A DNA stretch of 64,000 nucleotides from Opitutales bacterium (lineage in GTDB: Bacteria > Verrucomicrobiota > Verrucomicrobiia > Opitutales > PNEW01), in the NCBI GenBank assembly GCA_965197745.1, contig CBDANS010000006.1, positions 1,376,001 to 1,440,000 on the forward strand, read 5' to 3'. The position numbers were made by a program, and so were the translations under genes. The first letter of the stretch is position 1; every line of letters begins with the position of its first letter. This document shows positions 29,434 to 40,350 of the stretch, piece by piece. Below the pieces are notes generated by a model. The model did no database searches. It was not told the DNA's origin and saw nothing but the letters and a program-made list of their open reading frames with translations.

Positions 29434-30288
29434 TTAATCTGCCCTCCACTCTCCATCATATCCTGTATACCCATCAGCATAGCCCTTTAAATGTTCCGGC
29501 ATTTGAGAAATCATCTCTTTAGCTGATGCAGGTAATGGCCAGGGCGCATCGATTTTAATCGACTTCGGACGAAACCCGATACCGCAGGAATAACGTCGTT
29601 CATGAGTGGCCATATTAGTATGGTAGGTCCTGTCGGCAAAGCATATGAGATCTCGCGGGTCGGCGATGACCGCGACACAACCGGGAACATCGATACTATT
29701 ATAAACGGCATCAAGAGCATCGCCGATGGGATGAAAGCTGTTACGGCCGGGAGTAAGTTCAAACCCTTCAGGGCCCTCCCAGTTGGGGGTATGCGATTTT
29801 TCTATCACTGCGATTCCGCTGTGTTCGGGGTGGCTGCCGTTAAGATAAAACCAATTACCACTTGGCAATGCATGACAGTTAAGGAGATCACTAGCCACTT
29901 TAGGGTTTTTTACGTGAGCACGACTGTCCGTATGCCATGTCCCGAATGGCTCACCGGCAGTTCTTAGAATAGCCGCTGAACGATGGAGACACAGCTCTTT
30001 GGACTCGTGAGTTTGATGGAGATAGTTCAAATAGGGTGCGTGATCAAGCAGTTTCCAGAGGGGTTTGCTGGCCTCGGCAAATGCCATATGATAGCGGTTG
30101 GATGTCGGTGGCAGGTCTCGCTGCGGATCGAGGATTTCGTCGATTGATTCTTTCAATTCTACGACCATCTTCTCGTCAATCATTTTACGTAGAACGCAGT
30201 AGCCGTAGTCGTCCATACAAGCGAGTGCATCCGGGATATTATCCCGATCAAAATAAATATTATAATGCGGTTGATAATTATCCGTCAT
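29434..30288 (-). CDS. PhyH-like Fe/2OG dioxygenase
   Basis: YGYCVL, WHTD, KSH, TYH...RRYS. Confidence 0.75.
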   Translation of the reverse strand: MTDNYQPHYNIYFDRDNIPDALACMDDYGYCVLRKMIDEKMVVELKESIDEILDPQRDLPPTSNRYHMAFAEASKPLWKLLDHAPYLNYLHQTHESKELCLHRSAAILRTAGEPFGTWHTDSRAHVKNPKVASDLLNCHALPSGNWFYLNGSHPEHSGIAVIEKSHTPNWEGPEGFELTPGRNSFHPIGDALDAVYNSIDVPGCVAVIADPRDLICFADRTYHTNMATHERRYSCGIGFRPKSIKIDAPWPLPASAKEMISQMPEHLKGYADGYTGYDGEWRAD

Positions 30289-30333
30289 TGAACTGCAGGT
30301 TCTCTCTCATGCTTAGATCTTAAAGATTACCGT

Positions 30334-31068
30334 TTAATCAAGAAACGAAGCAGCAGCTTGATCAAGAAAAAGTTGGCAATGGGAATGTTGTTGGAGGATA
30401 GAAGCGGGCACTAACGGAGACACTGCACCTTCAATGGTATTTTTCACCGCTTCTGCTTTCCGTTGATCGGGAACGGTGCAAACAATTTTTTTGCTCATTA
30501 TGATTTGCGAGATACTCATCGATATGGCCTGTCTGGGAACAGCATCCAGGGTGGGGAACCAACCTTCACCTAACTGCTGGCGGCGGCATTGTTCATCGAG
30601 GTTAACAACAATGAAGGCATCCCGGGCTTCGAAGTCTGCTGGTGGGTCGTTAAAGGCGAGATGACCATTTTCGCCAATCCCGACAAGAGCTAGGTCAATG
30701 GTTACTGCTTCGATTAATTTTCCTAAACGGCGGCATTCCGCGACTGGATCGGGAGCTTCACCGTCAATGTAATGAAATGCTTTTATCCCCGGTAATTTAT
30801 CGACAAATCGTTCCTTGAGGTATTTTCGAAAGCTTGCCTGATGGGTCATGGGCAAATTGATATACTCATCAAGATGAAACGCTGTTACCCGCGACCAATC
30901 GATTGCTTCCTCTGTGAGTTTAGACAATAATTCGATCTGACTGGTCCCGGTAGCGAGAATTATATTCGTTTCACCTGCCCTATTAATCGCTCCCTTAATC
31001 GTTTCAATGGCACTCGAAGCGGCGGCTGCCGACATATCCTCACCATTGGAGAATACCTTACAGTCCAT
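30334..31068 (-). CDS. nagB: Glucosamine-6-phosphate deaminase
   Basis: [32 protein letters not shown]. Confidence 0.88.
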   Translation of the reverse strand: MDCKVFSNGEDMSAAAASSAIETIKGAINRAGETNIILATGTSQIELLSKLTEEAIDWSRVTAFHLDEYINLPMTHQASFRKYLKERFVDKLPGIKAFHYIDGEAPDPVAECRRLGKLIEAVTIDLALVGIGENGHLAFNDPPADFEARDAFIVVNLDEQCRRQQLGEGWFPTLDAVPRQAISMSISQIIMSKKIVCTVPDQRKAEAVKNTIEGAVSPLVPASILQQHSHCQLFLDQAAASFLD

Positions 31069-31092
31069 AGGAAATAAATTATCAATTATAAT

Positions 31093-31944
31093 TTATACTC
31101 TGGTGAATTTCTGCAGGCGATTGAGCAATTTAGGCACTTCACCCACAAAAATATCACCGTGCGAATCGACGCACAGACCATGGGGAAATTCCGTAAATTG
31201 ACCGGGTGCTTTACCCGCTTCACCCCAGCGGGAAAGCAGTTCTCCATCCAGGTTGAATAGGCTGATCCGATGCGGGGCTTCAGTTACATAGACGATGTCA
31301 TCACTGTCTATGAATATGAAATTGGGGCTCAGGATATCTGTCCACTCTTCAATAAATTTACCATCGAAGTCGAACAGTTGAATGCGGTTATTCTCACGGT
31401 CAGTTACGAGTACGCGATTGCGGGGATCGACCCAGAGGCCATGAGGCAAGACAAACTGGCCGGGTCCCGTTCCCTCCTCGCCCCAGGAAAGCAGCAGTTC
31501 CCCTTCTGATGAGAATCGATGCACGCGACGCTGGCCATAACCATCAGAGACGAATATATCCCTTGATGGAGCGACCATAGCGCTTGTTGGTCGATTAAAC
31601 GGCAATCCCGGTGAACCGGTCTGATTGGGTGTTCCCAGGGTTTGAAGCACCTCTCCTTCAGTGTTAAATATTCGCAAGGTATGATCGTCAGTATCACAAC
31701 AATAGATGCGGTCGTTTTCATCAATCCAAAGACTATGGGGGTTGGAGAGTACATCCTCTCCCCATTTTGTCAGATAATTTCCATCGCGGTCATAAACGAG
31801 AATACTCGGAGCTTTGCGCCGTGCCAAGTAAACGCGATCCTGCGAATCGGTGCTTATATCGGTAATGATACCACCGAATTCTTTTCCCCCGGGACCCTGG
31901 CCCCAACCTTCGACAACCCTATATTTATAAGTATCAGCGATCAT
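31093..31944 (-). CDS. NHL-repeat protein (peptidyl-alpha-hydroxyglycine lyase-like)
   Basis: Repeats FNRPT, FVSDGYG, GPGQFVLPHGL, DRENNRIQLF. Confidence 0.88.
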   Translation of the reverse strand: MIADTYKYRVVEGWGQGPGGKEFGGIITDISTDSQDRVYLARRKAPSILVYDRDGNYLTKWGEDVLSNPHSLWIDENDRIYCCDTDDHTLRIFNTEGEVLQTLGTPNQTGSPGLPFNRPTSAMVAPSRDIFVSDGYGQRRVHRFSSEGELLLSWGEEGTGPGQFVLPHGLWVDPRNRVLVTDRENNRIQLFDFDGKFIEEWTDILSPNFIFIDSDDIVYVTEAPHRISLFNLDGELLSRWGEAGKAPGQFTEFPHGLCVDSHGDIFVGEVPKLLNRLQKFTRV

Positions 31945-32076
31945 ATTGTATTATACCTTAAAAGTGTTAATTGTTTCTCTCCTGTATATTATTAGCATTA
32001 TGATCGCCAATGAATACTGATTCCGTCAATCCCTCATTTTCTTTCGCTGGCTGTTATTTGGCTTACAGTTAATCCC

Positions 32077-33276
32077 TTAGATCCCTTCGGGGTGGAGATT
32101 AAAGGTCAGTGACCTGAAATCGGGCAGACGATGAAAGGTGACAAGATCGTTGTCGTGTTGATTGGGTCGGTTTTTCGATGTTCGTGAAGCGATCAGTAAG
32201 TCGTCGCCATTAATTAAAAGAGAAGCATAATTGAAACTCTGCAACGGGCTGGGCCACATGGCAACGCATCCGGCTGGAAACCAGTTCAGGGCATCCAGGC
32301 TGTAATATAAGAAGAGAAATCGCCTTTCGTTGCCCGGGCCGCCAAGGAATCCCATGGCATTGAGTTTCCGACCCCATTCGATATCCTGAGATTTTGTCGG
32401 CAGGCAAGCCGTCATCCAGAAATAACCGGTCTTGTCATCACGAGTGATATGGAAATAGTTCTGTCCACCGGGCAGGGGATAGAACTGGGTGAATCGAAAG
32501 TTCAGTGTATCCTTTTGGTCATCTACATCACATACCGCGCACATATGTGAGGTAGCCATACCATCAATGCGTAACCGAATAATAACGCGTATCCTGCCAT
32601 TGACATTCACGATGTTCGGTTCGAGCCAGTGATCACCCCCGTCGGGGTTCTCATCGCGAAAAGGAAACAGATCGGCACTCAATCCCTCGGGCGTACCGGG
32701 ATAGGTGAGGTAAGGTGAAATCCGCCAAGATGCAGGGTCCATCAAATTTGACTTTAAGTCTCCCGCGACCACCACGGCCCGAGAACCTGCACGGTTAAAA
32801 TTCCCCTCTTCGTTAGGCGCCCCGAGGGTCCAGTATAAAGTGTTTCCGCAGACTGCATGTGGCGTAAATGTGTTCCAGAACCTTCCCTCAAACAAAGTTA
32901 CCGGCTCACTCCATGTCTTTGCTTCGTCTTCGCTGTAGACGAGGACAATGTCTCTGCGACCCAGCTTTTTGCACAGATAATAAAGTCGGTCGCGGCATAT
33001 GAAAGGAATACCGTCGTCGAGCTCCAGTGAACCCTGAACTTTCCATGTTTTCCCCTGGTTCTCGCTGATATGGAATAAAGTCTTTATTTCACGATTGGGA
33101 ACGCCTGGCTCGGAGTGGTTACGGTCAAGCAGAGCAAAACTGGATAGCAATCGTCCACTGGGCAATCGCATGAGCGATGGAGTATCGGTGTAAATCTGCG
33201 GCTCAGGTGCTTCAAAAATTACCGCATAGCCTTGGGCCAGTGGAGTTGCCCCTTCATTCGATGATATGTCGTTCAT
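32077..33276 (-). CDS. BNR/sialidase-like beta-propeller protein
   Basis: Asp-box-like SENQGKTW, YSEDEAKTW, YSLDALNW. Confidence 0.7.
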   Translation of the reverse strand: MNDISSNEGATPLAQGYAVIFEAPEPQIYTDTPSLMRLPSGRLLSSFALLDRNHSEPGVPNREIKTLFHISENQGKTWKVQGSLELDDGIPFICRDRLYYLCKKLGRRDIVLVYSEDEAKTWSEPVTLFEGRFWNTFTPHAVCGNTLYWTLGAPNEEGNFNRAGSRAVVVAGDLKSNLMDPASWRISPYLTYPGTPEGLSADLFPFRDENPDGGDHWLEPNIVNVNGRIRVIIRLRIDGMATSHMCAVCDVDDQKDTLNFRFTQFYPLPGGQNYFHITRDDKTGYFWMTACLPTKSQDIEWGRKLNAMGFLGGPGNERRFLFLYYSLDALNWFPAGCVAMWPSPLQSFNYASLLINGDDLLIASRTSKNRPNQHDNDLVTFHRLPDFRSLTFNLHPEGI

Positions 33277-33413
33277 TTATTATTAAAAAATAGCGATTAA
33301 ATTATTATAAGAAAGTTAATAAAATAATTTGATGCTGAGACTAATCAATTTTACTAGTTAATTAACGCAGTTGAGAAATTTTAGTAAATTGAACCGTTAA
33401 AAGATTGATTCCG

Positions 33414-35618
33414 ATGAAAATTAAAATTCCTTTTTTACTCCTTTAAATTTTGTTACCTGTTCACCTTTATGCATTACCTGAAGAACTTGTGATATTTACG
33501 GATTTTGAGGACATTAGCGGAGAGGGAGAATTTTTCATTGGTGAAGAACCGAACCGAGTCAGGTTAATCGGATTCACGGTGGAGACCTTAGAGGATCCGA
33601 CACTCTTACACTCGGGAACAAAAGCGATAACCCTTGGGCCCGGTCAGGAAGGTAGAATTATATCGGAAAAAGGCATTCAACTCATTCAATTTTACGCGGC
33701 GGAGTCAACAGGCGGGGGAAAAATCGAATTCAGAGGAGTAAAGTTAGTCACTGCCGGGGTTGTTTCAGGATCCGAACCTCAGGTAGTGATCGCTGAAAAT
33801 GGTGTCGTGGAAGGATTGCCGACCGACATCAGTCCCGGTGCCAACCCGACATTACAAAGCTTTGTCTCTGACAGTAATATTTTTCTCGATATCACTGATT
33901 TTGATTTTCTTGACGGCATCGTGGAAATGAAGGTCTTAAATGTATCAGGAAAATTTTCACTCGATGATCTGGGAATTACCCTGACAGACAGACCGGTGAA
34001 CAATACCATCTATGACACTTTTGAAGGTTTTTCCAGGGGAGATGGTATTGCCTCACCGATTGTTCTTGGTCAATCGCCAACTACGGCGACCTTCACAGGG
34101 GGATTTATACTTGGTGGCTCAGGAGGGGTACGCACCGCTACTCAATCATGGGGGATAAATAACGGTGAATCCGCGACTATCACCTTTGAGACTCCAGCTT
34201 TTGAGGTGGATTTTTATGGATCCACGGTTGTGACCACGAGCACCAACAGTCCCGATACTTCAATTGAAGTCTATGACACGGATGACAACCTGATTGCTAC
34301 TTTCACAAATTTTGAAGCTGACATCACCCCGGAATTTAAACCCGGGTTTATATCCATCAATGCCGTAGAACTGGGTGCTCCCGGAGGCATCAGCCAGCTG
34401 ATTATGTCTGACAATCAGAATATAAACCCGACATTCAGCCGTTCGACTATCGATGACTTCGGTTTTACCCCTATTGGTGCTCCCGGCACGGATGACGGAT
34501 TTCCTCCCCCAAGCCCAACTATCACTGCCCAACCCGAGAGCCAGGAAGTAACGGCCGGCAGCACTGTTACCGTATCTGTTACAGCCAGTGGTGACGGGCT
34601 TTCATACCAGTGGTACCTGGGTAACAGCGGAGATACTTCTAACCCCATAGCCGAAGCCACGACCAGCATCTTTAACAAGGGAGAAGTAAATGAGACTTCA
34701 AGTTGCTGGGTCCGGGTGAGCCAGGTATCGGGAGGTAGTGTGGATAGCGACACCGCGGTCATTACCGTATCAGTCCCAGCCGTACCCCTGGTGCTTGAAG
34801 GTACCGGGGATATTGCCGGTGAAAACATCCAGCACCCCAACGGCAACGTTTTTGACCAGATATTACTCACCGGCGATAGCATCAGGCTTCAGGCGAGACC
34901 CAATCAGATTACCCGGGTATCGTTCATGGACGAAGACGAGGACATTGTGCAGGTAGAGTTCTCCGGCGCGGGGACCTTTACCGTAACCCTAGACCCGGCT
35001 ACCTTCCTCCCTCCGGCCCTGCCCCCGCGCTACAATCAGTCAGTAGAGTACGTGACAGGCAGACCGAGTGTGGTTATCGAAGGAGCCGATTCCAATACCT
35101 TTTTCAGTATCTTCACGGTGGGCAGGATCAATGCGGTGAACCAGGCACTGTTCCCTGAGGGCCAGGTCTATGACGCTCAAGCGGACGTAACGATAGTAGA
35201 AGTGATCAACTCCACGGGAATGGGGGGCATGCAATTATCGAACACGGTCTTTAGTGGAAGCACAGACAGGATCGGGATCGATGCGCGAGGAGTGCCAATT
35301 GCGGTGCGATTAACGGTAGGTGACATCGATGCCAGCGGGGATGCGGTACCCCATTTACTTTTTGGAGAGGGTTCCTTTACAGTTCCGGCGGGTAACCCCG
35401 GTTTGAGAATTACGGGCGGAGACCTGGAGCAGACAAACGGTGCATCCATCGTCGTGGCCGAGAGCGGGTCGACGACGCGTGGCTTCGACCAATTGATTAC
35501 GCAGAACAATTTTAAATCGGACAATACCCCTCAACCGACGCGGAGCATTAATGCAACTTTTGTTAACGAGGATGGGGATGACATTACTGTCGAAGTCGAT
35601 GAGGTGACGATTGAATGA
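33414..35618 (+). pseudogene. Acidic Ig-domain surface protein with in-frame TAA in its signal peptide (33444-33446)
   Basis: ATG 33414 MKIKIPFLLL*ILLPVHLYA is in frame with the 722-aa ORF; two repeated beta domains (TDFE...LDDLG; DTFE...IDDFG), Ig domain (PTITAQP...LSYQWY), conserved C-terminal domain. A shortened product could still start at TTG 33450. Confidence 0.75.
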
Positions 35619-35656
35619 ACTATCGTTCAGTTTTAAGTGTTAGGTTTTATGCAATT

Positions 35657-35884
35657 AGGTGGGACGGGTGGGTGCCTGTCAGCCATAGCTACCGAGCGTG
35701 AAACACGACATCTTCCATTCCAAAGGACAATCAATACATGATTGGAATTCGGCTGGATTGCTTCGTCTCCCGCTGTTGCGGGCTCCTCGCAATGACAATT
35801 GGAAGAATACGAATTAATAATTAAATTTGATAACCGTTAGGCACAATCCGCAATCCGCAATCCGATATCCGCATTCCGCAATTC
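35657..35884. repeat. Multiply nested repeat remnant plus CAATCCG heptamer array
   Basis: AGGTGG-REP start, CCTGTCAGCCATAG, CTACCGAGCGTGAAACACGACATCTTC (35688-35715), palindrome right arm with TCCCGCTGTTGCGGG, then (CAATCCG)n 35844-35883. Confidence 0.8.
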
Positions 35885-35894
35885 CTAATGGCGC

Positions 35895-37364
35895 TCAGCT
35901 CCATGACATCTCGGGATCAAGAGGGTAGATAGGACGGGGAGCGTGCTGATAATCTTCAGGGCAGAGGACTTGCTTATCAAATCCAGGGCTGTCCACCATG
36001 AGAATTTTCGCAGCGACATCATCATAGGTGACCAATGGATTTAATCCTTCTTTTACAACGATGAATTTTTTTTCGTTTGGATCGATGCCCAGTTCTTGTA
36101 AAAATGATGGGCCACCGAGCTTACCCGCGCGTTCGATTAAGACAATTTCAATTCCCTGGTCTTCCACTACGGCAATTTTTCCCAGGGCTGTCTCATATCC
36201 CGAATGAATCGTGGTATCTCCGGCCACATCAGCATTCACTGCTTTGACCGTTCCATCGAATACTAACGGGGGATTATCTGTTCGACATACTTTACCACCT
36301 ATTGACAAATGCACCTTATTGCCAACACCTGCCTGCACCGCTTCGGAAACAGATTGAGGATCAACAATACCCACTGCGATCGAATCCTTGATTCCTTCTT
36401 CATAAAAGTAGCGAAGCGTAGACACGACATCACCCGAGGCCCCACCTAAGGTGCAATCGCTTAGCTCATTAAGGACAATGGGCTTATCTGATGATTCCAG
36501 CCCGATTTTTACAGCCTCCTTTGCTGAATGAATAGGAAAAAGAAATTCTTTTCTCAGGTTCCACATCTTATTGGCGAGCTGTTTTGCATATGTATTTGCC
36601 AGATTTTGATCTTCGCGAGAAATAACCAGGACGCTGGCGCCAAGGATGCTTACATCTGCCCATGGATAACCTACAAAAAACGAACTGGTAATTATCTTTG
36701 GGTCACGTTCTATTCGCTCGACCTCTGAACGTAGTTGGTCAATAGGTTCACTTCTGTTTTCAGCCGGCGTGATGAGGGGAAGTTTGATAAATGATTTAGT
36801 GAGGACGGGTTTTTCTTTAATTAGAGTGACCAGGTGCCTGGCTGCCATACAACCGACTTCATATTGATCAATGTGTGGATGGGTGCGATAACTCACGAGG
36901 ATATCCGCGTGTGAAACCATGGCTTTGGTCGCGTTAGCGTGATGGTCAAAGGTTGCAGCCACATATTTCACATCCGGGAAACATAACCTTATGCTTTCCA
37001 GAATATCGCCTTCGGGATCTTCTATTTCTTCTACATTCATCGATCCATGCAGCGCTAACAAAATGCCATCCAGTGTATGGCTGATCTGTTCCAGGTTTTT
37101 GATCAGATCTGTTTTAATTTGTTCGTAGGTGGACTTGGACACTAAGGGGGATGGCATTGCCCATGCTGAAAGAGTAGGGACAATCGTGACACCCTCTTTT
37201 TCCAAGGTTTGCACCATTCCCCCAATTTCCGAACGTCCGACACGATGGGCTGAAATGATACCGTCACCCCTAATGTATTGGGTATTACGGAAGTTCTCCA
37301 AGGTCGTGCGGCCTGGAGCGAAGGTGTTCGATTCATGCATCATGGCGCCAATCGCGATATTCAT
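35895..37364 (-). CDS. M81-family metallopeptidase (MlrC-like)
   Basis: MHESNTF, LALHGSM, FDHHAN, YRTHPHID, GYPWAD. Confidence 0.92.
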   Translation of the reverse strand: MNIAIGAMMHESNTFAPGRTTLENFRNTQYIRGDGIISAHRVGRSEIGGMVQTLEKEGVTIVPTLSAWAMPSPLVSKSTYEQIKTDLIKNLEQISHTLDGILLALHGSMNVEEIEDPEGDILESIRLCFPDVKYVAATFDHHANATKAMVSHADILVSYRTHPHIDQYEVGCMAARHLVTLIKEKPVLTKSFIKLPLITPAENRSEPIDQLRSEVERIERDPKIITSSFFVGYPWADVSILGASVLVISREDQNLANTYAKQLANKMWNLRKEFLFPIHSAKEAVKIGLESSDKPIVLNELSDCTLGGASGDVVSTLRYFYEEGIKDSIAVGIVDPQSVSEAVQAGVGNKVHLSIGGKVCRTDNPPLVFDGTVKAVNADVAGDTTIHSGYETALGKIAVVEDQGIEIVLIERAGKLGGPSFLQELGIDPNEKKFIVVKEGLNPLVTYDDVAAKILMVDSPGFDKQVLCPEDYQHAPRPIYPLDPEMSWS

Positions 37365-38341
37365 GAGGAAGTGTTCCTCTTCGCCAGCGCCATATCTATC
37401 ATTTTTTCTACTGTAATTTGGGGCCGATAGCCAAGCATCCTTCCCGCTTTTTCATTGCTGATTACGTAGGGTTGAGGGCCCACAACTTTCACCCCTTCCC
37501 AGGAAACCCCCAGCCCTTTTGCGACCCTGTCTATCACGTCGAGACTTCTGAATGGAACTTCAGCTGCGATGTTGAAGATTTGATTCTTCGCTTGCTCATG
37601 TTTCTCAATGGCAAGTGCGAAACCACGGGCAATGTCCTGTGCGTGTGCCAGTTGAAGAGCAACGGATTCACCGTTTTCATAAAGCAGTGCCATCGCCCCT
37701 TTGCCATTCGCCAATTTTGGGCCGATAACTTCTCTGTCTTTTGCATCGATTAAACTCTCCCAAAATTCATAGGCAAATGACTCCAATACATCATCTTCAT
37801 CCAGACACCAGCCAACGCGAATAATTGTGTAGGGTAAACTGAACACCTTTTGGTAATTGATACACATCGATTCCACCAGGGCTTTTGCCAACGCATAAAA
37901 TCGCCCCGGCCGCGGAAAAACCTCAACCTCTTCCGTCACCGGTTCGTCATATTTTTTATAGATAGCAGAGAACACTGCATCCGAACTGGCATAGACAAAT
38001 AAGTCTATGCTCCCTGCTGTTCTTGCTGCTTCGAGAAGGTTGAAGGTCCCTTTCACATGATACTCAAACATCCGGTTATTTTCCTTCTCAAAATTCGACG
38101 GTCCAATCATGTCAAATATCGCTGCAAGGTGGCAGACAAACTGACAACCCTGGACCGCTTCAAGGAGACATTTAGCGTCGAGGATGTCCCCGCGCACAAG
38201 TACCATATTGTCACTGACGATCCCATCAGGTTCGTGTTCGTGCACGAGGACTTTCACTGTATACCCGCTGTCGAGCAACAAACGAAGCACCCGTTTGCCG
38301 ATACGCCCAGCCCCTCCCGTAAGGAATACAGTCTTGTTCAT
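37361..38341 (-). CDS. NAD-dependent epimerase/dehydratase
   Basis: TGGAGRIG, HLAA, YASS, YALAK (YxxxK). Confidence 0.9.
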   Translation of the reverse strand: MNKTVFLTGGAGRIGKRVLRLLLDSGYTVKVLVHEHEPDGIVSDNMVLVRGDILDAKCLLEAVQGCQFVCHLAAIFDMIGPSNFEKENNRMFEYHVKGTFNLLEAARTAGSIDLFVYASSDAVFSAIYKKYDEPVTEEVEVFPRPGRFYALAKALVESMCINYQKVFSLPYTIIRVGWCLDEDDVLESFAYEFWESLIDAKDREVIGPKLANGKGAMALLYENGESVALQLAHAQDIARGFALAIEKHEQAKNQIFNIAAEVPFRSLDVIDRVAKGLGVSWEGVKVVGPQPYVISNEKAGRMLGYRPQITVEKMIDMALAKRNTSS

Positions 38342-38350
38342 GAACTTTCC

Positions 38351-39526
38351 TCAGCCTGATTTAAGCTCATCTTGCAGCTGGATCACCTTCTTTATAGCAT
38401 CTGCAATCAGAGCAACCTGCTTCTCGTCACCGAGCAGGGCATGATGGGAAATCCAGACCGACCTATCGGCTATTTGTTCTGAAACAGGAAAACTCCCCGC
38501 TACCACTCCTTCGTTCTTAAGACAGTCAAGTTTATGAAGCGGGGGATATGCCTCTTCAACTGGGACTCCTTCGGCCCGCAACGCTCGTGTGAAGTCGTCT
38601 CTCGGAATATGAGCTTCGAGAATGAATGTAAACAGATAGTATCCATGTCGGTCCATCATCGATTGCCGTAATTGAGGTCTAACCCCTTCGATTTTGCACA
38701 AATGCTCATTAAGCAATGCGCCGTTTTGCTCTCTTTTCTTACACTGTTCCTCGAGGCGGCTCATCTGGGTAAGAAGGAGGGCAACCTGTAGCTCGGTCAT
38801 CCTGTAGTTAGTGCCGCAGATATAGTGGTTGTAATCGTCTTCTGAACCACGACGGCCGGCATTGTGAATAGATTTGAGTTTGGAAAAAAGAAGTTCGGAT
38901 TGGGTAACAACGGCACCGCCTTCCCCGCAGCATAGAGTTTTGCTTGATTGAAAACTGAATGTACCGATAGAGCCAAAGGTGCCAACATATTGACCGTCAA
39001 ATATTGCACCATGTGCATGAGCGCAGTCCTCGATGACAAATAGTTCTTCTCGTTCGGCGATCTCCATGATGCGGGGCATATCACAGGGATGGCCGCCGAA
39101 ATGCACGGGGATAATGGCTTTTGTCTTGTCAGTTATAGCATCCTTTATGAGATCAGGATCAATGTTGAAAGTTGCAGCATCCACATCGACAAGGACGGGT
39201 TTTATTCCACGACGAATGGGGGCAACCGCTGTGGCCATAAACGTATAATCCGGAACAATGACTTCGTCATTTTTACCGATGCCCAAGGCTTCGAGGGCTA
39301 AATCTATCGCGATCGAGCCGTTGGCAACGGGCAATACATAATCAGCATGCTGAAATTCGGCAAACTGCCTGGCGAACTCGGGAAGTCGTGTTCCTCCTAC
39401 TCCCCATATTCCGCTCCTTATTACCTCTTCAATCTCTCGAATGTCCTTTTCGTCCCATACCGGCCAAAGCGGAAATTCCTTTTCAATGATCGGACTGCCG
39501 GTATGAACTGCTAATGATTGGGTCAT
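38351..39526 (-). CDS. DegT/DnrJ/EryC1/StrS aminotransferase
   Basis: IEDCAHAHG, FSFQSSK, GEGGAV, GTNYRM. Confidence 0.93.
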   Translation of the reverse strand: MTQSLAVHTGSPIIEKEFPLWPVWDEKDIREIEEVIRSGIWGVGGTRLPEFARQFAEFQHADYVLPVANGSIAIDLALEALGIGKNDEVIVPDYTFMATAVAPIRRGIKPVLVDVDAATFNIDPDLIKDAITDKTKAIIPVHFGGHPCDMPRIMEIAEREELFVIEDCAHAHGAIFDGQYVGTFGSIGTFSFQSSKTLCCGEGGAVVTQSELLFSKLKSIHNAGRRGSEDDYNHYICGTNYRMTELQVALLLTQMSRLEEQCKKREQNGALLNEHLCKIEGVRPQLRQSMMDRHGYYLFTFILEAHIPRDDFTRALRAEGVPVEEAYPPLHKLDCLKNEGVVAGSFPVSEQIADRSVWISHHALLGDEKQVALIADAIKKVIQLQDELKSG

Positions 39527-39866
39527 CCCGATATTTCCTGTAAATAATGGAATATCACCACGGAGACCTGCAAGTCAATGTGAATGGATATCTGATGAAA
39601 AGCGACGACGTATCGTTATCAATATAAGGCTAAGAAACCAGGTGTAATTAAGAGCCGGTGCCCGTTGACTGATTTATCCAATCCGCGTATCTGATGGTGA
39701 CTTAATCGAGGACAGTGTCCGGCAACTGCAATATTCAGAAAATAAAATTCATTGGTACGAGTACGCAGACCAAAACGCGATCGACCCTTTGACGACCGTT
39801 AAAATGCTGGATACACAGGTTATAAGGTTGCTAACACAGCAACCTTCACTTCTTCGCTAAATCCTA

Positions 39867-40148
39867 TTACCTTTTTCTGTTATAGTCGCCTCTGGGTGCT
39901 CTCTCTTCCCTAGGTTTGGCCTGATTAACTTTAATAGGCCTTCCACCCAATTCAGTATTATCCAATGCCTCTATGGCGCTTTGACCTTCTTTCACGTCAG
40001 GCATCGTCACAAATGCAAACCCTTTGGCTCTTCCGGTATGCCTGTCATATATTATATTTACTTTTTCTACATTTCCATACTCAGAAAATGTATCTCTAAT
40101 CGTCTGTTCATCCGTGTCGTACGGAAGATTTCCAACATATATATCCAT
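39867..40148 (-). CDS. RRM RNA-binding protein
   Basis: RNP2 IYVGNL and RNP1 KGFAFVTM. Confidence 0.95.
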   Translation of the reverse strand: MDIYVGNLPYDTDEQTIRDTFSEYGNVEKVNIIYDRHTGRAKGFAFVTMPDVKEGQSAIEALDNTELGGRPIKVNQAKPREERAPRGDYNRKR

Positions 40149-40350
40149 TTCTCTATATTCCTTTAAGTATTACGCCATTGCAAATAAGGACAGTTCTGAA
40201 TAATGGCGAAACCAGATCCTGCTTTTGAACATTCATCGATCACATTCAAATTCTTTTTCAAAAATTTATCAAACATATTTAAAAGCGAAGGTATTGCACC
40301 ACTGATATAAAAAAAGCAAGGCTACATTTAGGCTATCTGCCCCCCTCGGT

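Noticed and set aside
9232..33446. Stop-codon reassignment explaining the in-frame stops
   Set aside because: TAA and TGA terminate many intact genes here, and the internal stops are single and of both types.
39824..39846. Intrinsic terminator for the RRM gene (AAGGTTGCT/AGCAACCTT)
   Set aside because: Good stem but no U-tract on either strand; left uncalled.
39670..39860. Open frame of about 60 codons between the DegT and RRM genes
   Set aside because: No start codon, RBS or recognisable motif.
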